Shown: positions 1 to 8,762, counted from the stretch's first letter. The stretch: DNA of 32,000 nt from Candidatus Scalindua sp. (GCA_021776915.1 JAIQZU010000039.1:89720-121719); one strand, 5' to 3'. Notes: generated by a model from the letters alone, not told the origin. A program made the numbers and translations.

Positions 1-27
1 ACCTAGTTCATTGGTTAGTTAGATTTC

Positions 28-366
28 TTATATTTCAGCCTCTTTTTCTGCACGTTTAATTCTACCACAAAATTCTTCAATAGTGTTACTTTCTAATGCT
101 ATCTGAGTAAAAACTTTTAATGGCAAATTTCTCATGTCCTTAGGTGTATTAAATTCATTTATTGAAGACTGCAAATGGATTCCTAACTTTGTAATATTGT
201 CAAACACGCTCTCTTTATATAATACTGTCCCCATAATACCCAAATTTGATTTTTTTATTAAAACACCAGACTGAGCTATACTTATGTATATAGGGTCACC
301 ACTCAGTAAATCGACTCTTGACCAACGCTGAGCATCAGTATCTTTAAACCTTATCAATTTACTCAT
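28..366 (-). CDS. hypothetical small protein (113 aa from MSKLIRF...)
   Basis: The ORF track gives 28..444. The internal ATG at 366 is preceded by AAGGAG (revcomp of 371-380 region, taaggagaaataatATG), whereas the upstream extension runs through a GC-rich hairpin. No recognisable motif. Confidence 0.5.
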   Translation of the reverse strand: MSKLIRFKDTDAQRWSRVDLLSGDPIYISIAQSGVLIKKSNLGIMGTVLYKESVFDNITKLGIHLQSSINEFNTPKDMRNLPLKVFTQIALESNTIEEFCGRIKRAEKEAEI

Positions 367-413
367 ATTATTTCTCCTTATTATATTTTGTTGTTTGTGT
401 CTAACGACAATAT

Positions 414-441
414 CAGCCGCCGCGCTTTTTGCGGTCGGCTG
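414..441. other. GC-rich stem-loop (CAGCCGCCGC-gcttttt-GCGGtCGGCTG) between two minus-strand genes
   Basis: A 10-bp stem with one bulged T and a 7-nt loop, read directly. It is conspicuous in AT-rich surroundings. On the + strand it is followed by CATTTTCT; there is no U-tract on the - strand. Confidence 0.3.
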
Positions 442-523
442 CATTTTCTGGTTAGAAAATATTTTAATCTATCCTCTAGTTTTTGAATAATGAATATTTA
501 AGAAGCGGCCCTAGGCTTGCCCT

Positions 524-946
524 TTATGTCTCCCTTCTTTCTTGCCCATTATTTTTGTCCAATGTGGTTACTATTGATTTAAGATGATCAATTTGTTGAA
601 TCATTAGCTTGGTATCATGATGAGAAGTTTTAAGAGACCAAAAAAAGCCTAGAATAGCAATAATAAATGCTGCACAAGACACGAAAACGCTAACATAAAA
701 AAGCTTTTGTTGGAGTATGTCTTGGCGGCGTCTAATCTCCATAGAAAATATTTGGGCCCTTGTACTATCATGAAGAATAGATGGAAAGGCTGTTTGGGTA
801 GTTGCCTGATTTATAACTGCTGAGTTGAAATGATGTACAGCCCTTTCTAAATCAATATTACTCAATTCTTTTGGGTTTCTTCGCTCTTGAGCGGAGAGAG
901 TATTAGTAAAACAAATAAATAAAATAATAACCACTATGATTTTCAT
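524..946 (-). CDS. hypothetical exported/membrane protein (N-terminal signal peptide, one C-proximal TM helix)
   Basis: MKIIVVIILFICFTNTLSAQ is a signal-like N-terminus. The hydrophobic stretch FYVSVFVSCAAFIIAILGFFW is a likely TM helix. GAGGGA Shine-Dalgarno lies 7 nt upstream of the ATG at 946. Confidence 0.55.
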   Translation of the reverse strand: MKIIVVIILFICFTNTLSAQERRNPKELSNIDLERAVHHFNSAVINQATTQTAFPSILHDSTRAQIFSMEIRRRQDILQQKLFYVSVFVSCAAFIIAILGFFWSLKTSHHDTKLMIQQIDHLKSIVTTLDKNNGQERRET

Positions 947-1147
947 ATAACTATCCCTCTAATAACTCAATATGTCAATAAGGACAACCTTCGCATATAA
1001 CTCTACCCTGTCAAGATTTTTTAATCTGCCACAATTGTTTCCAAGCCTTATTCTTTTCCTTATTTTATTTCTCTAACGCTGGCTGAGGAGTTTGAAAACC
1101 GGAAGAGTATTCACCGGTCAGCTCGATACTTTTGTTATAAATTAATT

Positions 1148-1648
1148 TTATTTCTTTAAATGACCATCAAGTGCTGCGTCAATTTGACTAAGAACAATTT
1201 TGCGTACAAGACAAACTTTTTCTTTTGATATTATTTTTCTAGAGGTGCTTTTGCAACTAAAGCACAAATATGAATCTTTTAATTCTAGCATTTCGTGTTG
1301 ATGTTTAAGGCATAAAGGAGTTGGATTTATTTCACGTGTCATTTTATCAATTTTCCATAGTAAACCTTCTTCTTCAATAAAAACATAATCTTTTAGATTG
1401 GAAATGCTATATGCAAGATTATTTTTTGTTTTGGCACAAAACCATACATACAGTACCAGAACCAAGACGATGGCTACCCATAGTGGGGTTGGTGATTGGA
1501 GTGTATTTATTAGTCCAATCCATAAGCTTTGGAAAAAAAGATAAACGCTGCCACTACCAACAATTAACGAAGCAAGTATTATTGCAATTATTGCATTATG
1601 AGAATCGGAAAAAAACTTTTTAATGTATGCTAACAATAAGTTTTTCAT
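1148..1648 (-). CDS. hypothetical membrane protein with C-terminal Cys/His cluster
   Basis: Two predicted TM helices (IIAIILASLIVGSGSVYLFF, LWVAIVLVLVLYVWF). The C-terminal CLKHQH...CFSC looks zinc-ribbon-like. The track start at 1651 is TTG, and the adjacent ATG at 1648 is preferred. No clear SD. Confidence 0.5.
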   Translation of the reverse strand: MKNLLLAYIKKFFSDSHNAIIAIILASLIVGSGSVYLFFQSLWIGLINTLQSPTPLWVAIVLVLVLYVWFCAKTKNNLAYSISNLKDYVFIEEEGLLWKIDKMTREINPTPLCLKHQHEMLELKDSYLCFSCKSTSRKIISKEKVCLVRKIVLSQIDAALDGHLKK

Positions 1649-1802
1649 CAATGGTTTATATGGCGGTTACTATGCTTAACTATTTTAACAATTAATATTA
1701 TTACGGTATTTATAACAGCACAATAAGTGGAAAACTTGTCAGCTTATTAAAACTTATCTGTCAACTACCCTGTGAATCCGCTTTGAATGAGCTTCCGGTT
1801 TT

Positions 1803-1888
1803 TGCGGTATAGAGTGGACATTGAAGCAGCATCCTTCGCGGGTATAAAGTGGACACAGTAGTTTTCCCCTGACATGAAAGTGTCCACT
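1803..1888. promoter_or_regulatory. array of AGTGGACA motifs (two direct about 18-bp repeats plus one inverted copy forming a 9-bp inverted repeat)
   Basis: GCGGTATAGAGTGGACA (1804-1820) and GCGGGTATAAAGTGGACA (1838-1855) are direct repeats. AGTGGACAC (1848-1856) and GTGTCCACT (1880-1888) form a perfect inverted repeat. A partial AAGTGGA lies at 1725-1731. Confidence 0.3.
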
Positions 1889-2028
1889 GAATTTGACAAT
1901 TCGCCATCCATGCTTTTACGCATATTTGATCGCCTCACGAATATGTTTGTTCGGATGACCGGACAAGCATTATCCATTCTTCCTTGCGTTGACATAGAGT
2001 TGGTATAGAACGGGCGTGTACACTCTGC

Positions 2029-3495
2029 TTAACTTACTGCAACACCTTTTTCTGACGGTACGGTTACGGCACTGCTCTTGTACCAGTCCTGGTAATAATC
2101 TCCTGAATCGTATAATTTATGCAGATTTTCCAGTACCTGCTCAAATACCTGTATCCAGTCAGAACCAACCCTGAAGCCGAACATGGCGTTGCGCTTGCCG
2201 TGGGTTGTACTGCCAATAGTTTGAAGTGATTTCCTGAATCTCATTCTAAGGTTGTCACCGGCATAAAGATGGTCGTACATATATTGCATACCGTCAATGA
2301 AATTCTCCAGGGACATATCAACAAGTCTGTGAACCACATGCGCAGTATCATAATACTTCCAGTCTTCAGGATAATTCTTACGGAATATCCTCTTTTCAGA
2401 ATCCAGCCTGTGGTAAAGAGCAGTCTTAGGAAACGGGCAATTGATGCCAAAGGTAAGAACGTCAATATTATTTTCCAGTACAAACTCTGTCATTCTTTTG
2501 AACGAATCTTTGTCATCACCGTCTGCTCCCAGGACTATTGATCCCCAGACAACAAGGCCATGATCATGGATTTTTTGAACGCAGTCATAATAGTTGTCAG
2601 CTCCAAGCCTTAAATTTGTCGTTTTATTCATCTTCTCCAGAACAGCCTCATTTGTCGATTCTATTCCGCAAAGAAATCCAAAATTTCCACTCTTTGCCAT
2701 CAGGTCAAGTACCTCTGCATCCTTTGATATATTGAGCGCGGTAAATCCAAGCCAGTCTTTTTTAATGCCCCTTTCTATCATACCACGAAAGAGGGCTTTT
2801 GCCCTGTTGGCAGAGTTTTTACTATGTCCATAGAAATTATCTTCCGCAAACATCAGGCCCTTGTAGTCTGTTGCTTCCATCTCGTCCAGGACGTCTTCGT
2901 ATGGCCTCTCTCTGTATTTCTTTCCCTGAAAGGTTGGTACGCTGCAGAAATCGCAGTAATTTGGACAACCTTTCGTTGTGACAATAGAGGAAAACTTGTA
3001 ATCATATTTCTTTTTCAGGAGTTCCCTATTGGGAAAGACATGCTTCATCTCTGACAGGCCTGGAAGCCCGCCTTCGTACTTCTTTTTGAGTTCGCCATTT
3101 TCAAAATCTTTAATGACTTGCGGCCACAATGTTTCGGCCTCTCCGATAAAAATTGCATCTACATATTTTGAAGCTTCTTCAGGCACTACTGATGCATGTA
3201 TACCACCCATGACTACGGTCATACCTTTTTTCCTGCAGGCTTCGGCTATCTTGTAAGCTCTTGACACTTGGTATGTAACAGAAGTAATACAAACCATATC
3301 CACAGGCTCAAATGTAATTTCTCCGTTATCATCAAGGGCCAGTTCTATATTTTCATCGATTACGTCAAACTCCCAGTCACCCGGCGTAAGGGCTGCTATG
3401 TATGCCAGGTTTAAAGGCATTTGAACTATGACAGATATACTCTCCTCACCATGTCGCCCCGGTGGATGTGGATTGATAAGCATCATTTTTCTCAT
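2029..3495 (-). CDS. B12-binding (class B) radical SAM enzyme
   Basis: The N-terminal Rossmann-like cobalamin-binding region (VCITSVTYQVSRAYKIAEACRKKGMTVVMGGIHAS) is followed by the radical SAM cluster motif C177-PNY-C181-DF-C184. A strong SD (GGAGGAGG) is present. The ATG overlaps the upstream stop as ATGA. Confidence 0.9.
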   Translation of the reverse strand: MRKMMLINPHPPGRHGEESISVIVQMPLNLAYIAALTPGDWEFDVIDENIELALDDNGEITFEPVDMVCITSVTYQVSRAYKIAEACRKKGMTVVMGGIHASVVPEEASKYVDAIFIGEAETLWPQVIKDFENGELKKKYEGGLPGLSEMKHVFPNRELLKKKYDYKFSSIVTTKGCPNYCDFCSVPTFQGKKYRERPYEDVLDEMEATDYKGLMFAEDNFYGHSKNSANRAKALFRGMIERGIKKDWLGFTALNISKDAEVLDLMAKSGNFGFLCGIESTNEAVLEKMNKTTNLRLGADNYYDCVQKIHDHGLVVWGSIVLGADGDDKDSFKRMTEFVLENNIDVLTFGINCPFPKTALYHRLDSEKRIFRKNYPEDWKYYDTAHVVHRLVDMSLENFIDGMQYMYDHLYAGDNLRMRFRKSLQTIGSTTHGKRNAMFGFRVGSDWIQVFEQVLENLHKLYDSGDYYQDWYKSSAVTVPSEKGVAVS

Positions 3496-4952
3496 TTTTC
3501 CTCCTCCTGATTATTTAAAATCATATTTGCTGCCTTCCAGCCGGATGAGACAACAGCACATATCCCAGGCCCCGGATTAGTCCAGTGTCCTGCAAGAAAA
3601 AGATTTTTGAAGGGCGTCGTATGCTGAAGTCTGTTTGACCATGTCTGGTCAACGGTAACAGCCCAGCCATAAGCAGCGCCTTTTGAATTATGCGTATAAC
3701 GATATAGAGTCTTTGGCGTAGCGGCATCAATCACTTCTATATGGTCCTGAATGTCAGGTGTAAAATTCTCAAGGTAGCTTATTGTGTGTTCTTTCATTTT
3801 ATTCTTAAAGGATGCCCAATCTTCTACATCGTCATAACTTTCTCTTAATGAGACAACAATAGAAATTATTTGTTTTTTATCAGGCGCCAGACTTGAATCT
3901 ATATCAGTTGGAACGGATATATAAAACCAACCATTATTGGAAAAGCTTATGTCATTAGATGTGTGATAGAAACCCCTTTTCAGGCCTTTTAAGTCGACCT
4001 TACTATCAAGACCAAGGTATAACAAGAAGAATGATACACTCTCTTTCATGCTCTCGATCTTGCGAAGGTAGGAATCGTCAGCAACGTCTCCTTCCATCAA
4101 ACAGAAAAATGTTTGTCGGGGGTCAATGTTTGACACAAAAAAATCTGCATCAATTTTTTTCCCCTTTTCCGTTGCAACTCCTTTTGCAATGCCATCCTCT
4201 GTGAGCAGGCTCTTTACTTTTGAAGATAGCATAATGTGGCCGCCATAGTCAATAAATTTCTGAGTGATTGCATCGGTAAAATTCTGGGTTCCACCAACAG
4301 GGAAATAAGCCCCGTCCTTCAGATAATTTACCAGCATCTGACACATACCAATGGCCGAAACTTCGTGAGGTGGTGAACCAATATACCCCCACTGTGCAGA
4401 CAGTACCATCTTAAGCTGCTCATCGGTAAAGAAATTATCCAGCATTTCCTTATATGTAAGGTTTTGATACTTGATAACCATCTTATGTCTTTCAGCGCTG
4501 AAAGTGACTCTGTACAATCCTATGAACTCTTTAAAGAATAACGATATGTTTTCGTTTTCAGATGGAAAACGTTCCTTCAGCAGATCAATATAATCGTCAA
4601 TTTCTGCAGGTATATCTATGGAAAATGAAGGGAAATTTATGCTGTCCATAGGATCAAGCCGCAAAAAATTAATTTTTATATCAAGTTCCTTAAGGCACCT
4701 GCCAACTACACTCCATTTACCACACCCACCAATGTGGTGGACAGCCGCATCAAAAATAAAACCTTTTCTCTTGAAAGAAGTACAATAACCTCCGGGTATG
4801 CTATGCTGCTCTATAATCAGCACTTTCTTCCCACTCTTTGCCAGGAAGGTTCCGCAGATTAAACCGGCAATTCCGGCTCCCAGTATGATTATATCGTACT
4901 TAGATTTTATTTCGGATTTATCAATGGAAAAGTTATGCATGGAAACAAACAC
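3492..4952 (-). CDS. FAD-dependent oxidoreductase, phytoene desaturase (CrtI)/amine-oxidase-like
   Basis: Dinucleotide-binding DIIILGAGIAGLICGTFLAKSGKKVLIIEQHSIPGG (GxGxxG...E) at the N-terminus. Length and the C-terminal LFLAGHWTNPGPG motif are typical of the CrtI family. The track start at 4952 is GTG; an alternative ATG lies at 4940. Confidence 0.85.
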   Translation of the reverse strand: MFVSMHNFSIDKSEIKSKYDIIILGAGIAGLICGTFLAKSGKKVLIIEQHSIPGGYCTSFKRKGFIFDAAVHHIGGCGKWSVVGRCLKELDIKINFLRLDPMDSINFPSFSIDIPAEIDDYIDLLKERFPSENENISLFFKEFIGLYRVTFSAERHKMVIKYQNLTYKEMLDNFFTDEQLKMVLSAQWGYIGSPPHEVSAIGMCQMLVNYLKDGAYFPVGGTQNFTDAITQKFIDYGGHIMLSSKVKSLLTEDGIAKGVATEKGKKIDADFFVSNIDPRQTFFCLMEGDVADDSYLRKIESMKESVSFFLLYLGLDSKVDLKGLKRGFYHTSNDISFSNNGWFYISVPTDIDSSLAPDKKQIISIVVSLRESYDDVEDWASFKNKMKEHTISYLENFTPDIQDHIEVIDAATPKTLYRYTHNSKGAAYGWAVTVDQTWSNRLQHTTPFKNLFLAGHWTNPGPGICAVVSSGWKAANMILNNQEEEK

Positions 4953-4959
4953 TATGAAG

Positions 4960-6195
4960 TTATGAATATTTTGAGATGATTATGGATGAAATGTTGCCAG
5001 TATCAGAAAAGGAGTTTACAAGTACGTTTTTGACTTCTGATTCCCTGCTATTGTCAGGTACACAATCCAGATTGCACTCTTCATCTTTTTCCTGATAGTT
5101 TATTGTCGGGGGAATGATACCATTATTAATTGCTAATACACCGGCAACACATTGTATGACCCCCGATGCATCAAGGCATTCTCCTGTCATTGACTTTATG
5201 GCGCTCACAGGAACCTTCTCAGCATGATCACCAAAATAATCTTTAATAATTCCTGCCTCCATTTTATCACCGGTCACACTGGAATTCGCACATGCAGATA
5301 TATAAGAAATGTCCTCACCGCTAAGACCGGCATCTTTCATTGCCAGAGAAATACATCTTACACCCTGTGACGTATCAATATTTTCATGTGAAATCTTATC
5401 TGGATTAAACGTACTCCCGTACCCTTTTATTTCAGCATAGATATTCGCATTTCTTTCCAGTGCGTCTTCAAGCCTCTCTATCATCAGCAATGCAGACGCC
5501 TCACCAATTATAAACCCATTGCGTCTTTTATCAAATGGCGCAGAGATCTCAATACCACCATTCCTGCTCCCTGATAATACTCCTGACCTGTAAGCACCCC
5601 AGAATATATCAGCAGTCAACCCATGAGCCCCGCCGGCCAATACTGCCTTTCCTCTGCCCAATCTTAAAAAGTCAGAAGCGTAAATAATAGCATCCAGCCC
5701 ACTGGCCACTCCTGTAGATATAGTGGAATTCAAACCGGTCGCTTTACAGAAAATAGAGGCTCTGCTTGCAGGTGCATTCAGGACGGTATTTGGAAAATCC
5801 ATGGGATTAACAAAGGTAGGTCCCTCCTGTAATCCTTCCAGGTCAAATGAACTGATACTGCCTATACTGCCATAGGTTGAACCTATTACAATTCCCAGTT
5901 CTTCCTCACTGTAAATTTCGTGGGTAACTTTAGCGTCATCCATTACCAGCTTTGCAGCCGAAGATACCAATAAAGATGTCCTGTCTATGTGGCGTATACC
6001 TTTTTTACCTAAATACTCCTTTGCATCAAAATCTGATATTTCACCTGCTTTCTTACTTTTATATTTAGAGACATCAAACAGCGTAATATCTTTTATTCCG
6101 GAAACACCGTTTGTCAGATTATTCCAGAACGCATCCTTATTTACACCGATTGGTGACAATATACTTATTCCAGTTATAACCAGACGGCTATTCAT
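4960..6195 (-). CDS. beta-ketoacyl synthase-like protein lacking the catalytic triad (chain-length-factor-like partner)
   Basis: Thiolase-fold KAS-II-like over its full length. At the positions aligning to the neighbouring KS residues C163/H296/H333 it has V163 (STGVASG), C302 (SACANSS) and E339 (KSMTGEC). Confidence 0.85.
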   Translation of the reverse strand: MNSRLVITGISILSPIGVNKDAFWNNLTNGVSGIKDITLFDVSKYKSKKAGEISDFDAKEYLGKKGIRHIDRTSLLVSSAAKLVMDDAKVTHEIYSEEELGIVIGSTYGSIGSISSFDLEGLQEGPTFVNPMDFPNTVLNAPASRASIFCKATGLNSTISTGVASGLDAIIYASDFLRLGRGKAVLAGGAHGLTADIFWGAYRSGVLSGSRNGGIEISAPFDKRRNGFIIGEASALLMIERLEDALERNANIYAEIKGYGSTFNPDKISHENIDTSQGVRCISLAMKDAGLSGEDISYISACANSSVTGDKMEAGIIKDYFGDHAEKVPVSAIKSMTGECLDASGVIQCVAGVLAINNGIIPPTINYQEKDEECNLDCVPDNSRESEVKNVLVNSFSDTGNISSIIISKYS

Positions 6196-6202
6196 AATAT
6201 TT

Positions 6203-7423
6203 CTAACCCGTAAACTTTTTTAATATAAGACTGCTGTTATTACCGCCAAAGGCGTACGCGTTATTCATGGCAATATCGACCTGCATTTCACGTTTTACAT
6301 TTGGAACAAAATCCAAGTCACACTCAGGGTCTTTAGTTTCATAGTTTATAGTTGGTGGAACTACGCTTTCCTTTATGGCCAACGCACATGCAATCGCTTC
6401 TATAGCGCTTGCGGCTCCCATTGTGTGTCCAATCATTGATTTTATGGAGCTTATTGCCAGCTTTTTCGCATGTTCACCAAAAACCCTCTTTATAGATATC
6501 GTCTCAGCCTTATCGTTAGCAACTGTGCCCGTACCATGCGCACTCACATATTGCACATCTTCCGGTTTAATCCTGGCACTTTTCAAGGCTTTTTTCATTG
6601 CCGATGTAACACCATTTCCCTCCGGATGCGGAATTGTTATATGGTAACCATCGCAGCTCAGGCCGTATCCCAGGATTTCAGCATATATATTTGCGTTCCT
6701 CGCCAGTGCACCTTCCAGGGATTCCAGTAACAGCATTCCGGCGCCTTCACCAACTAACAACCCCTTTCTATCTTTGTCAAAAGGCTGGCAAATCTCAGGA
6801 GCAATAGCGTTAAGCCTGCTGAAACCAACAAAAGCTACCTTAGAAAACGGATCAGAGCCTCCGGCCAGCATTACATCAGCCCTTCCCAGCTTTATCAGGT
6901 CACATGCATAGCCAATAGCGTAGTTTCCTGCAGCACATGCAGTAGGGATTATTGTACTTGGTCCCTTAAGGCCAAATTCAATAGATATATTAGACGGCAT
7001 ATTAACACACGGATGCCTTTGAAACAGGACAGGGTCTACGCTCTCTTCTCCCTTTTCAAATCTTATATAATTTACCTTTTCGAGGATTTGAATCTCACCT
7101 GCGGTTGTTCCAATCGAAACTCCGGTTCTTTCAGGATCAATATTATCTAAACCAACCTTAGAGTCATCGATGGCAAGTTTTGCGGCCGCTATGGCAAACT
7201 GAGAACCTTTACCGATTTCCCGATCTGATCCACTACTTATATAATCACTGTAATTGAAATCTTTAACGAAACAGCCTCTATGTACCTTGAAGACGGATGT
7301 GTCAAATGCCGTGATCTCAGATACACCGGATGTGCCGGAAATTAATGCATCCCAGAACACATCATTCTTATTCCCTATAGGAGAAATTACACCCACACCG
7401 GTAATTACAATTCTTTTGTCCAT
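6203..7423 (-). CDS. fabF: beta-ketoacyl-ACP synthase II family enzyme (catalytically complete)
   Basis: Active-site Cys in IPTAC163AAGNYAIG. His residues in SAH296[11 protein letters not shown] and KSMIGH333[19 protein letters not shown]-terminus. Confidence 0.9.
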   Translation of the reverse strand: MDKRIVITGVGVISPIGNKNDVFWDALISGTSGVSEITAFDTSVFKVHRGCFVKDFNYSDYISSGSDREIGKGSQFAIAAAKLAIDDSKVGLDNIDPERTGVSIGTTAGEIQILEKVNYIRFEKGEESVDPVLFQRHPCVNMPSNISIEFGLKGPSTIIPTACAAGNYAIGYACDLIKLGRADVMLAGGSDPFSKVAFVGFSRLNAIAPEICQPFDKDRKGLLVGEGAGMLLLESLEGALARNANIYAEILGYGLSCDGYHITIPHPEGNGVTSAMKKALKSARIKPEDVQYVSAHGTGTVANDKAETISIKRVFGEHAKKLAISSIKSMIGHTMGAASAIEAIACALAIKESVVPPTINYETKDPECDLDFVPNVKREMQVDIAMNNAYAFGGNNSSLILKKFTG

Positions 7424-7451
7424 GGTTGCTTTGTGAAAACTATTATTGTGT

Positions 7452-7901
7452 TCAGCCTGTCAATGACTCTTTATCGGCAACACCAAAGCTCAATGTAGCT
7501 TTTGCGACAACCTTCTCTCCCACTTTAGCTACACCCTTAACTATTGCCGCGCTCGAAATAATCTTCTCAGTATTAATTTCTAAAATAAGTTGGTCGCCGG
7601 GGAAAACCGGCTTTGAGAAACGGACGTTCGCTGATGCCAGCAAAAAAACTTTGTCCTTATCCTTCTCAGTATCAAAGCTCTTTTTAAAAAGTATGATCGC
7701 GGCTTGTGCCAGGGCTTCTATAATTAAAACGCCCGGCATTATGGCAAAATCAGGGAAGTGACCGGCGAAGAAAGGCTCATTGCCAGAAATGTTCTTTAAA
7801 CAAACAATTCTGTTTTCTTTTTGAAACTCAATAACTTTGTCAATAAATAAGAACGGATATTTTTGCGGAACCAACTCTCTTACTTCCTCAAAGCTTAACA
7901 T
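7452..7901 (-). CDS. fabZ: 3-hydroxyacyl-ACP dehydratase, FabZ-like hot-dog fold
   Basis: [14 protein letters not shown]48[14 protein letters not shown]62ALAQ (catalytic His/Glu signature). 149 aa. Confidence 0.9.
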   Translation of the reverse strand: MLSFEEVRELVPQKYPFLFIDKVIEFQKENRIVCLKNISGNEPFFAGHFPDFAIMPGVLIIEALAQAAIILFKKSFDTEKDKDKVFLLASANVRFSKPVFPGDQLILEINTEKIISSAAIVKGVAKVGEKVVAKATLSFGVADKESLTG

Positions 7902-7985
7902 TTATAACAACCTTTCGTCTTAATTGTTATAGCCTGACCGCTTCCACGATTTATGGGACAGGCATCTATGAAGAAGTATTATACA

Positions 7986-8249
7986 CTATTTTTTCTCATT
8001 TTCTTCAAGGGTAGACCTTGTCATTTCAATTGTGGCATTCAGTGACGTAATGTCTACAAGTTTCTCTTCCGGAATTTGAACCTTAAATTTCTTTTCTATA
8101 AGAGCAAGAATTTCCAGTGCCAACAAGGAATCTATCTCCAAATCCTTAAAAAAATCAGCATCTCTTTTCTCCCATATTTCATCCTCATCCAGCTCCGTTA
8201 CCTCTGCTACAATTGCAGTAATATCTTTTTCTAAGTTCTCTATAGACAA
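7986..8249 (-). CDS. acyl carrier protein (dedicated, operon-leading)
   Basis: 87 aa, acidic, with the phosphopantetheine attachment motif LEIDS41LLALEI. Start codon is TTG at 8249, 7 nt downstream of AAGGAGG. Confidence 0.9.
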   Translation of the reverse strand: MSIENLEKDITAIVAEVTELDEDEIWEKRDADFFKDLEIDSLLALEILALIEKKFKVQIPEEKLVDITSLNATIEMTRSTLEENEKK

Positions 8250-8294
8250 TATCTTACCTCCTTAAGAAAGCATATAGAAATCTAAACATATGTA

Positions 8295-8323
8295 AAAATA
8301 TCAAACTTATATTAATATGTCAA
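8295..8323 (-). promoter_or_regulatory. candidate sigma70-type promoter of the ACP operon (TTGACA-17-TATTTT)
   Basis: On the minus strand, TTGACA is the revcomp of 8318-8323, followed by a 17-nt spacer and TATTTT (revcomp of 8295-8300), about 45 nt upstream of the ACP start. Sequence match only. Confidence 0.3.
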
Positions 8324-8670
8324 TAACAATATTCAAGGTGTATGATCACAATTTTAAGGAAGTTTATTTCTGGTACATAATCTGTATATATTAAAGGCTT
8401 CTCAGTAATTATTAAAAAACATAGCTTCTAAATACAGGGCAATTCAAACTGTTTTAGCGCTAATGTCAAATGATTCTTTTTCCTTTCGTGTACGGACGAA
8501 CGAAAAAGGTACTAACCAGATCAGCGACCAGCTTTAGTAATTCCAGCTAAGATTATGGTTTTTCGTATTATGTTTATCAAATTCTTCCATCTCCACCAAA
8601 ATTTTTATCCTGAAAGTAATACAATCATGTAAAAGTATCCACAAAGTAAAAGCCTGTAAATATTACAAAA

Positions 8671-8716
8671 TCTTGTTATTTAGATTCAAGACGCCCATTT
8701 AATCTAAATAACAAGA
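8671..8716. repeat. perfect 16-bp inverted repeat with 14-nt spacer (TCTTGTTATTTAGATT / AATCTAAATAACAAGA)
   Basis: Read directly: arms at 8671-8686 and 8701-8716. It ends 19 bp upstream of the parA -35 box. On the minus strand the hairpin is followed by TTTTGTAATATTT. Confidence 0.8.
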
Positions 8717-8734
8717 ATATTTACATAAATATGC

Positions 8735-8762
8735 TTGACATCTACATTTTGTATGTTACTAT
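8735..8762 (+). promoter_or_regulatory. candidate sigma70-type promoter for parA-like gene (TTGACA-16-TACTAT)
   Basis: TTGACA at 8735-8740 and TACTAT at 8757-8762. AAGAGGA SD lies before the ATG at 8814. Confidence 0.45.

Noticed and set aside
367-444. 26-codon N-terminal extension of the first ORF (MQPTAKSAAADIVV...)
   Set aside because: The extension is encoded by the GC-rich hairpin. The AAGGAG-preceded ATG at 366 is a far better start.
1765-1995. 76-aa minus-strand ORF downstream of the radical SAM gene
   Set aside because: It has no Shine-Dalgarno and an implausible composition, and it coincides with the AGTGGACA repeat array. It is treated as non-coding regulatory or structured DNA rather than a CDS.
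2241-3256. Seven 60-90-aa ORFs on both strands inside the B12-radical SAM gene, with similar sets inside the KS, cyclase, ADH, aldolase, RM and other genes
   Set aside because: All are nested within or antisense to long motif-supported CDSs, and none has a recognisable motif or RBS. These are typical shadow ORFs.
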